This document shows positions 56,113-64,000 of a DNA stretch of 64,000 nucleotides, piece after piece (the stretch's first letter is position 1; every line of letters begins with the position of its first letter). This DNA comes from Leptolyngbyaceae cyanobacterium (GTDB lineage: Bacteria; Cyanobacteriota; Cyanobacteriia; Phormidesmidales; Phormidesmidaceae), in assembly GCA_965263355.1 (NCBI GenBank), contig CBDHHL010000025.1:64001-128000 (forward strand). Reading direction: 5' to 3'. A model generated the notes under the pieces. It searched no databases. It was not told where the DNA came from and worked only from the letters and a program-made list of their open reading frames with translations. A program made the position numbers and the translations under genes.

Positions 56113-56454
56113 GTGACCAGTATCCAGGGGCGTCTTGGGTCAGAACGCTACATTAATTTACTGACTGATTTCGGCTTTAAGCGGGTATTTGGCACTGAAC
56201 CCAATAAAGCTTTGCTGATGGACTTTCTAAATACCGTTTTGCCCCAGCAGCATCGCATCCAAGACCTGAGCTTCCGCAATAATGAAAATGTGGGGAATAC
56301 TGAGAGCGATCGCAAAGCTATTTTTGATATCTATTGCGAAAGCGAACAGGGCGAACGCTTTATTGTAGAACTGCAAAAGGCCAAACAAAATTATTTTAAT
56401 GATTGCAGTGTTTATTACGCCACGTTTCCGATTTCTTCAATGTATTCTACCTGA
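56113..56454 (+). pseudogene. Truncated Rpn-family (PD-(D/E)XK_2) nuclease/putative transposase
   Basis: TDFGFKRVFG..IFDIYC..FIVELQ; ends at 113 aa. Confidence 0.8.
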
Positions 56455-56756
56455 GCAGTGGCAGGCGAAACTGCCAATCCCAATGTCAAAAATAATGTAA
56501 ATAGTATGGACTTCATAGACCTTCTTTTAGATGCTGTACTGAGCAAAACTCAATGCCGTATTGACAATGTTATCCATAAGATTACCCCAACCTTCCTGCA
56601 GGCTAAAGGAACAGTTGAGCTGATGAATATTGGATTTGCGATCCAGAAAGACATGCCGTAGAAATCTTTCAACGTTCTTTTGCTAGAAATATAACCAAGA
56701 ACTATGTTTTGCCGTAGAGGCATTCCATGGAGCGCCACTACAGAATTATCTTTGGG

Positions 56757-59645
56757 TTAAGCCAACTGCCGCTTAATTAGTTCAGCAAAGACGCCTGGTT
56801 GTTTCGCCAACTCATCAAAGTTACCCACCTGTACGACCTGGCCTGCCTTGATCACATAAATACGATCAGCATTGCGAATCGTACTCAATCTGTGTGCTAC
56901 AACCACACGGGTAACATTAAGCCGATCAAGACTTTCACTAACAATCGCCTGGGTTTTATTATCTAACGCGCTAGTCGCCTCATCCAACAGCAACAGTTTT
57001 GGATTAAGCGCCAATGCCCTCGCAATAATCAACCGCTGTCGCTGTCCCCCAGACAGATTCCCCCCGCCCTCACTAACTACCGTATGCAACTGCATCGGAA
57101 AATTCCGTACATCCTCAGCAAAGCCTGCCATCTCAGCCGCTCGCCAGGCATCATCCTGAGTAATCAGCGCCCCACCGGAAATATTTTCAAAAATAGACCC
57201 AGCGCTAATATGGCCATTCTGCAATACCACCCCCAACTGTCTACGGATAGCAGTTAAATTCAGACCACACATATCCCGACCGTCATAGTAAACCGTCCCT
57301 GAATGAGGATGCTCAAAGCCTAATAACAGTCGTAACACCGTCGACTTACCAGACCCAGATGGCCCTACTAAAGCAATAAATTCACCCGGCTTAGCCTCAA
57401 CCGTAACACCGTCTAAAATCAGCGGGCCATCATCCCGATAGCGAAACGTAACCCGGTCAACACAAAAAGCACCCGTTAACTGACCCGGATCCGTTTTTTC
57501 GGTAGTGACCTCAGGCGGTGCTTCCAAGATTGGCTGTGACCTCATCCACAACGGAATCACATCCATCACATCAATCATGGTCAAACTCAGATTGGTAACA
57601 CCGCCAATAAAAATGGCAAAGGCCGCGTTAAAGGCCAAAAATCGTCCCGTTGTCAAGTTTAATGGTCCCACCAGGGTACTCGCCATCCAAAATAGAGCAA
57701 TCGTCGTCACCGTAGGGATAATGCTATTAAACACATTGACTGAATCTTCCAGCCGCTGTGTGCTTAACTCTATTTGCAATAGTCGACGATACCGGTTACC
57801 CCACTGGGCAAAGGCCCTCGACTCTGCCCCTGCAATCCGTAGCTTAGATACTCCATTAATTAGCTGCACCATCAGACCATACAGTTCACCCCGTAGCTCC
57901 AACATCGGTCGCTGTTTCTTGAGTAACAACGCCCCAGAGGTCACCGTAACCACCATAATCAACAGTGCCACGGCTAAGGCGAGAACCGCTAACTTGGCAC
58001 TGTAATAAAACAACAGTCCCAAATTCAGCAGCGCAAATGTTCCTGACAAAATTGCATCTAACGCCGAACCACTGAGCAACCGCCGAATAGACGTAATACT
58101 CGATACCCGTGACAGTAAATCTCCCGTAGCATAGTCTCGGAAAAAGGATGTTTGTAATTTTAGTAACCGGTCCCAAACGGCGGCTTGCAGGGTTACATCA
58201 GAGCCAGTTTCCAGCCGCATGGTGGTAATCGCCTGCACCAACTGAAAACAGGCACGACCAATGGCTACAGCCACCAGTGCCAATCCAATTTGTAGTAGTA
58301 AACCCGCACTACCAAAGGGAATCGCATCGTCTACCAGCACCGCTGTCATCTGGGGCAGCACCATTCCCAATAGGGTGACAACCACACCTGCTAAACCCAT
58401 TACCATCAGGTCTCGTTGACGTCCCTGAAAGGCAAACTTTAGCAAATCCCACGCAGTTAAATGCCCTTCCGGTAAGGGCCGATAGAACATAAATGCCACT
58501 GGTTCCAATGTCCTGGCTATTGCTTCATTGACCGCCACTCGCTTACCGGACGCCTCTAACATCTCATAGTGGGTTTGACGCACGGGTAACAACGCCACCG
58601 GTCGTCGTCCATCCTGGGTATAGGCCACCAAAGGGCCAACATCCTGTTGCCACCAGCGTCCTCGCAGTAATACTTGTCGTAATCGTAGCTGAGAGGCTCT
58701 AGCAATAGCTTCTAGGGGTTCCTTAACCTGTTGTGATTGCTCAGATTCTGCTGGGGGTTCAATGGTTACCCTCAAGGCATGGCCCACCGCTCCCGCTACT
58801 CTCAACAACGGTGTTTCTGCTAGCAAATAATCACCTGAACCAGGCTGTAATACTGAAACTAACCCCTGCAAAGTGGTTTCCGTGGCGTCTTGATTTAGTT
58901 GTTGTCGAGCCGTAAACTGTTGTTCTCCACGTTGTCGATCTGATTTCCACCCTTCTTCAATTACCTCCAGCGCATACTGATGGAAGAGATTTAATCCTTG
59001 AAGAAATTCTCCATAGGAGACCCTGGAACAAAGCTGTTCAGAGGAAGATATCTCTAAGTCTGCTGGTTGTTCTTTTGTTTGCACCCATGTCATCCGTGAA
59101 ACTGGAAACAGAGGAGAAGATGGCTCCAGGACAAAGTTTTCTCCATCTAGCCAATACGCTGAATTATTCTTAAGTTTTACCCACATCATGGTTGCTTTAG
59201 GGCTATATCCATCAGCGGGGGCCAAACTCAAGGGTCCAACACTATTTGAAAATTCTACAATCGATCTCCCAGGAAATCCCTTTACCTGGGTTAGGGCTTC
59301 CACCCAGCGTTCAACCTGTCGCAGCAATGGCATGCCGACATGACCACAAATGTTGCCATTGCTATCTTCTGGCTTGGCTACCGGTTCGATTTCACTGGCT
59401 TCAAAGGCAACGGCGATAAAGGCTAGATTAAAGGGGTGAGCATCTGTGCCAACCATCACATCGCCCACATCCACCGTCCGTAGATAGCGCCGCTCACCCA
59501 CGGGCTCTCCCTCTTTCCAGCCCACGGCAAAAATGCCTAAGCGCCCAGACTTGACGCGCCACAGCCCAAACTCCACCAGCGGGAAGACACCGTTACTATC
59601 GATAGAATGAATGTTAGAGAGGTTTGGGGAATCTGCAAGAACCAT
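56757..59645 (-). CDS. NHLP bacteriocin-system ABC transporter, permease/ATP-binding
   Basis: Long N-terminal region, TMD, GPSGSGKST, LSGGQRQR, DEATSALD. Confidence 0.9.
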   Translation of the reverse strand: MVLADSPNLSNIHSIDSNGVFPLVEFGLWRVKSGRLGIFAVGWKEGEPVGERRYLRTVDVGDVMVGTDAHPFNLAFIAVAFEASEIEPVAKPEDSNGNICGHVGMPLLRQVERWVEALTQVKGFPGRSIVEFSNSVGPLSLAPADGYSPKATMMWVKLKNNSAYWLDGENFVLEPSSPLFPVSRMTWVQTKEQPADLEISSSEQLCSRVSYGEFLQGLNLFHQYALEVIEEGWKSDRQRGEQQFTARQQLNQDATETTLQGLVSVLQPGSGDYLLAETPLLRVAGAVGHALRVTIEPPAESEQSQQVKEPLEAIARASQLRLRQVLLRGRWWQQDVGPLVAYTQDGRRPVALLPVRQTHYEMLEASGKRVAVNEAIARTLEPVAFMFYRPLPEGHLTAWDLLKFAFQGRQRDLMVMGLAGVVVTLLGMVLPQMTAVLVDDAIPFGSAGLLLQIGLALVAVAIGRACFQLVQAITTMRLETGSDVTLQAAVWDRLLKLQTSFFRDYATGDLLSRVSSITSIRRLLSGSALDAILSGTFALLNLGLLFYYSAKLAVLALAVALLIMVVTVTSGALLLKKQRPMLELRGELYGLMVQLINGVSKLRIAGAESRAFAQWGNRYRRLLQIELSTQRLEDSVNVFNSIIPTVTTIALFWMASTLVGPLNLTTGRFLAFNAAFAIFIGGVTNLSLTMIDVMDVIPLWMRSQPILEAPPEVTTEKTDPGQLTGAFCVDRVTFRYRDDGPLILDGVTVEAKPGEFIALVGPSGSGKSTVLRLLLGFEHPHSGTVYYDGRDMCGLNLTAIRRQLGVVLQNGHISAGSIFENISGGALITQDDAWRAAEMAGFAEDVRNFPMQLHTVVSEGGGNLSGGQRQRLIIARALALNPKLLLLDEATSALDNKTQAIVSESLDRLNVTRVVVAHRLSTIRNADRIYVIKAGQVVQVGNFDELAKQPGVFAELIKRQLA

Positions 59646-59714
59646 AAGAATAACGGGTTTAACAGAGGAACAAGTGCGAATTAAATTTGAGAATTGACAA
59701 TTGAAGACTTAAAA

Positions 59715-61901
59715 CTAGGCAACGGCGAGTGCTGTTCCCGAACTGCGAATAAGATCCCCATAATGGCCAGCTGCTTGCCATAGATTCTCATGGGTTCCTC
59801 GCTGCACAACCTTGCCTCGTTCTAATACGATAATTTCATCGGCATCTCGTATAGTACTAAGTCGATGGGCAACAATAATGCAAGTGCAGCCCCGTCGCCG
59901 TAGATTTTGATCAATAATTTTCTCGGTCTCCGTATCGAGGGCACTGGTCGCTTCATCCATAATTAAAATCGATGGGTTGTTGACTAATGCTCGGGCAATT
60001 TCTAATCGCTGTCGCTGTCCCCCACTCAGGTTTTGGCCCCCTTCTAGTAGCTTGGCATCATAGCCATAGGGCATGGCTAAAATCACATCTTCAATGGCTG
60101 CATCTCGACAGGCTTGCTTTAAATCCTCATCGCTAACTGTGTCATCCCAAAGGGTGAGGTTATCACGTACGCTACCGGCAAATAACAGAATATCCTGCTC
60201 TACCATGGCAATGGAGTTTGTCAACGTGGCTTGGGAAATCTCTTGCCGAGGTCGACCGTCAAAACAAACATCCCCACTGCTCGGTTGATAAAGACCAGCA
60301 ATAACCTTAGCCAGTGTGGATTTACCTGAACCACTGCCCCCAACGAGCGCAATCCGCTGTCCTGGCTTAATGGTTAAATTAAAGTTTTCGATCAGGGGCG
60401 GATCTAACGGACTGTAGCCAAAGGAGAGATTGCGAATTTCCATTGCACCGGAAAGACGATGGTTACTAGCGGCTTCTTCGGCCTCAGATACATCGTGCTT
60501 ACAGTGCTGGCAGAAGGCGATATCGGTTTCATTTTCAAGGACGTCATCTAACCGGTCGAGATTACCCTGGAGTGTTTGTAATGTGCCGGCAAACTGGACC
60601 AAGGTGTTGACTGGCCCCTGGAAGCTTTGCATCAAAAGCTGAAACGCTATCAGCATACCAATGGTGAGTTCCCCACGGATAATCCTTAAGCCGCCAATAA
60701 TCAACAGTGACAGGGTGGCTAATGTGGATAGCAAGGATGGCAATAAACCAATCACACGGTTAGCGAGTCCCAGGCTTTGCTGAGCATTGACGGCCTTTGT
60801 TTGGTAGCCTGCCCAACGGGCAAAGAAGTCAGACTCTAATCCGCCTGCTTTAAGGGTTTCCATACCTTGTAAGCCAGCTACAGCTACACCCGAGGCTTTA
60901 CCATATTCCTGTACCAGGCGTAAGTTTGCATCCTTGCGCTGACGGGATACCCATTGTAAAACGCCAACATTAATGACGGCAAAGGCAATGACGATAAGGG
61001 TGAGGAGAATGTCGTATTGCAACATTGCGATCGCATAAAACACGATCATCACCGAACTAATCATCGTTGTCGTCAATCGTCCCGACAGTACCGCTGCCAC
61101 ACTGTCATTGAGACTAATGCGACTGCTGATCTCTCCAGCAAATCGCTGGGCATAGAACCCCACTGGTAGCTGCAGCACATGCCACACAAACCGACTGGCC
61201 ATCCCCACCGCCAGTTTCACCCTGAGTGCCCGCAGATAGCGTAGCTGCAGGGTGGTTAAGATACCCTGAACTACTACTATCAGAGCAATTCCTACCAGCA
61301 CATAGGGTAGCCAATCTAAACGTTTAGCCAGCAGAATATTATCAATATAAATACGGCTAAAGGCCGGTAGAGCCAATGTAGGTAACACCAATAAAAAACC
61401 GGCTATAGTGCAATAAATTAATGCACCGATTGATCCCGACAGGCGACGTACCAATGAGCCAATGACATTGGGTTTTTGCCCACCTGGTTCAAACTTATCT
61501 GTAGGCTCAAATGTGAGTGCGATCCCCGTATAGCCCTCATCAAATTCCTGACGCGTTATCCGCCGGGGACCTGTGGCCGGATCATTAAGACGCACATGCG
61601 TTGACTCAAACCCATCAACCACTAAAAAGTGGTTGAAGTGCCAGAACACAATAAACGGCGGCTTCAGTTGCTTAAGACTTTCCAAACTTTTCTTAAACCC
61701 TTTTGCCTCAAGACCATAGGTACGAGCTGCCTTGAGCACATTCGCTGCTGTCACACCATCCCGTGATACCCCACAGGCATGGCGTAGCTCTGCCAATGGT
61801 ACATAGCGACCGTAATAACCCAACACCATGCTGAGCGCTGCGGCACCACATTCCACTGCCTCCATCTGTAAAACCGTTGGCGAATTAACCTGACGCGCCA
61901 T
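59715..61901 (-). CDS. NHLP-family peptidase-containing (C39) ABC transporter
   Basis: QMEAVECGAAAL, CGVSRDG, HFLVV, LNDPA; GGSGSGKST, LSGGQ. Confidence 0.93.
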   Translation of the reverse strand: MARQVNSPTVLQMEAVECGAAALSMVLGYYGRYVPLAELRHACGVSRDGVTAANVLKAARTYGLEAKGFKKSLESLKQLKPPFIVFWHFNHFLVVDGFESTHVRLNDPATGPRRITRQEFDEGYTGIALTFEPTDKFEPGGQKPNVIGSLVRRLSGSIGALIYCTIAGFLLVLPTLALPAFSRIYIDNILLAKRLDWLPYVLVGIALIVVVQGILTTLQLRYLRALRVKLAVGMASRFVWHVLQLPVGFYAQRFAGEISSRISLNDSVAAVLSGRLTTTMISSVMIVFYAIAMLQYDILLTLIVIAFAVINVGVLQWVSRQRKDANLRLVQEYGKASGVAVAGLQGMETLKAGGLESDFFARWAGYQTKAVNAQQSLGLANRVIGLLPSLLSTLATLSLLIIGGLRIIRGELTIGMLIAFQLLMQSFQGPVNTLVQFAGTLQTLQGNLDRLDDVLENETDIAFCQHCKHDVSEAEEAASNHRLSGAMEIRNLSFGYSPLDPPLIENFNLTIKPGQRIALVGGSGSGKSTLAKVIAGLYQPSSGDVCFDGRPRQEISQATLTNSIAMVEQDILLFAGSVRDNLTLWDDTVSDEDLKQACRDAAIEDVILAMPYGYDAKLLEGGQNLSGGQRQRLEIARALVNNPSILIMDEATSALDTETEKIIDQNLRRRGCTCIIVAHRLSTIRDADEIIVLERGKVVQRGTHENLWQAAGHYGDLIRSSGTALAVA

Positions 61902-62071
61902 CCACGTAATCCTCTAAGTTGAATCACCTACAGCCAGTTTTAATTGTTTGGCCACAATCAAAACGCTACCTGAATAAGCATCCAAACAAATCATTAGAAA
62001 GTGTTGAGAAGGAAACACTTCTTAACTTGGTACAAAAAGTTCAGAAGGCAGAAAAAGACTTAATTCAGAAC

Positions 62072-63193
62072 TCAAGCCTCAGAACTGACCGTAGGCATAT
62101 TCATAAAGCTAAACAACTTGTAAAGGATTCGCGCACTTACATTGCCATCCCATTCATGGTTGCCCGTTTCACAAATATCGCAGCCAATAATGCGCCTGCC
62201 ACTACGAACCACCTCACGCCATAGACAATAGGCTTCTTCAAGATTTAGTCCCCCTGGAACCGGTGTGCCCGTATGGGGACATAGTTTTGGATCCAGGCCA
62301 TCCACATCGCAGCTGATGTAAACATGCTCCGGCAAATTACCTACTATATCCTGACACTGCTTTAGCCAGCTTTGTCCAGCATAGGCGGCCTGTTTAAGTT
62401 GAGTATCCAGGTAAGTTACAATCCGACCCTTAGACTGCCGAATCAAAGACATTTCCCCATGGGAAATGTCACGAATGCCCACCTGTACTAGCTTTGAAAT
62501 CTGAGGTAACTGTATCGCGTTAAACATAATCGATGCATGGGACTCCTGAAATCCTTCGTAGGCGTTACGCAAATCGCCGTGGGCATCTAAATGTAAAATA
62601 CCAAAACTGAGATATTCCTGAGACAGGGCTTCTAGAGCACCCAATGGAATACTATGATCACCGCCGATAATGATAATTTTTTTGTTTTGCTGTATTGCGA
62701 CACTGGTCTGATGGCTGACCCAGCGACTCATGGTGCGACAGCCCCGGTTGATCCGCTCCAGGGCGGCTGCTAAGTCTGGATTGTCATCAGGAGTAACGCC
62801 CTGTTCGGCTGCGCGAATAATTGCGATCGCATCTGGTCTCAACTGGTGATTCTTGGCCAGTAGCCATGCCGGAATCGGTAGCATATAAATACCGTGTCGC
62901 CATGCCTCTGGGTGATCAAAATCATAAAAGTCCAGCTGGGGTGACGCTCGTAAAATCACGTCAGGTCCCTGACAAGTACCATCTTGATAGGAGGTCGTCA
63001 CATCCCAGGGTACGCCGATCACAATTGTACTGGCGTGGGCATAATCATGGGGAAAGCCAAACACATTGCCATTAACTGCGCCGACACCCCCCGGATCAAA
63101 GTTAGCAATTTCATTGGCGATCCGTTGTTTTATATCAGTAGGCTTATTTTCAGACTGAGACTGTGTACCCATACTGTCTTTCAAAAGGTGCAA
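62072..63193 (-). CDS. speB: Agmatinase / ureohydrolase
   Basis: GGDHS, DAHGD, DVDGLDP, TGTPVPGG. Confidence 0.88.
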   Translation of the reverse strand: MHLLKDSMGTQSQSENKPTDIKQRIANEIANFDPGGVGAVNGNVFGFPHDYAHASTIVIGVPWDVTTSYQDGTCQGPDVILRASPQLDFYDFDHPEAWRHGIYMLPIPAWLLAKNHQLRPDAIAIIRAAEQGVTPDDNPDLAAALERINRGCRTMSRWVSHQTSVAIQQNKKIIIIGGDHSIPLGALEALSQEYLSFGILHLDAHGDLRNAYEGFQESHASIMFNAIQLPQISKLVQVGIRDISHGEMSLIRQSKGRIVTYLDTQLKQAAYAGQSWLKQCQDIVGNLPEHVYISCDVDGLDPKLCPHTGTPVPGGLNLEEAYCLWREVVRSGRRIIGCDICETGNHEWDGNVSARILYKLFSFMNMPTVSSEA

Positions 63194-63204
63194 ACGTAGA
63201 CCGA

Positions 63205-64000
63205 TTACCTTGTAAGCATATTGCTAATAAATGTAGGTAAACAGAACGCTGCTCCGTGAATGTCACTATTGTAGTATTGCAGATCAAATTTCTGTGCTAT
63301 CTGTTGGGCATGTTGCCGATTGAGATCGGTTATCGGATGGCGACCATCCTTAGTGCAGTAGCTAAAACTCCACATACCAGTGGGATAGGTGGGAATAAAT
63401 GCCAGATAGCAAAAGACACTTTCAGGATTAAAAATTTCTTTTAGGCAATGGTTTAACTCTACAAACGCCTTTTGGTTAAAGTGGGGCGACTCACTCTGGG
63501 CTGTCATTACCCCACCGGGTCGCAAACAGCGATAAACATCTTGATAAAACGACTTAGAAAATAACCCCTCTGCTGGCCCAACTGGATCAGAAGAATCCAC
63601 AACAATCATATCGAAGCTATTATCTGGAGACTGTTTAACATATTTAATGCCATCATCAATAATCAGATTTAGCTTCGGATGGTCAAAGGCAGATGACAAA
63701 CTAGGTAAAAACTCTTTAGACGCGCGGACAACAGCTTCATCAATTTCTACCATGGTGACGTTTTCTACATGGTCATAACGCAAAATTTCACGAATACTAC
63801 CACCATCACCACCACCAATCACGAGAATATCTTTCACGTCCGGTTGGATCACCATAGGGACATGGATGATCATTTCATGGTAGCCCTTCTCGTCTTTTTC
63901 GCTACACATGACCATTTTGTCAACAGCCAATAATTTGCCATATTCGAATGTGTCAAATACCTCTACGGTCTGATAAGGAGATTTTTCCCTAAACAGACAG
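63205..64000 (-). CDS. speE: Spermidine synthase (5'-partial)
   Basis: SPYQTVEVFD, YHEM, LVIGGGDGG, VEID, DSSDPVGP, IPTYPTG; frame open to the window edge. Confidence 0.93.
   Translation of the reverse strand, partial: CLFREKSPYQTVEVFDTFEYGKLLAVDKMVMCSEKDEKGYHEMIIHVPMVIQPDVKDILVIGGGDGGSIREILRYDHVENVTMVEIDEAVVRASKEFLPSLSSAFDHPKLNLIIDDGIKYVKQSPDNSFDMIVVDSSDPVGPAEGLFSKSFYQDVYRCLRPGGVMTAQSESPHFNQKAFVELNHCLKEIFNPESVFCYLAFIPTYPTGMWSFSYCTKDGRHPITDLNRQHAQQIAQKFDLQYYNSDIHGAAFCLPTFISNMLTR

Noticed and set aside
56458..56738. Small ORFs as the NHLP precursor
   Set aside because: No Nif11/NHLP leader or ELxxVAGG cleavage motif

Overview
This window looks like a filamentous cyanobacterial chromosome: HIP1 GCGATCGC sites are frequent, and XisH/XisI, DUF928/CHASE2 and CHAT genes are present. 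1-21 kb is a methylation/osmolyte-like island. A large NRPS-PKS hybrid (A[Gly]-N-methyltransferase-T-KS-AT-KR..., minus strand) is absent from the ORF track because it runs off the left edge. It is divergent from a proteobacterial-type metK-ahcY-metF SAM-recycling operon. Next come two AAA-ATPase/PD-(D/E)XK genes tied to metF relics, a Na+/solute symporter broken by a 57-bp duplication, methyltransferase relics, an alpha/beta hydrolase and an MscS channel. One 22-bp motif recurs upstream of three of these genes. The visible domain order would make a carnitine-like (N-methylated 4-amino-3-hydroxybutyryl) product; this is the main hypothesis and is untested. 21-33 kb holds signalling genes and a large DUF4347/Calx-beta/PQQ-sugar-dehydrogenase/C-lectin surface protein. 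33-45 kb is a decayed plasticity zone: TA genes, XisH/I, an EAL protein, attC-like sites, three copies of the coaT promoter/5' end, coaT, selO and a transposase relic. 46-64 kb holds TpsB-TpsA(vWA insert)-CHAT, an NHLP-type ABC exporter pair and speE-speB. All calls come from motif reading; no database searches were run.
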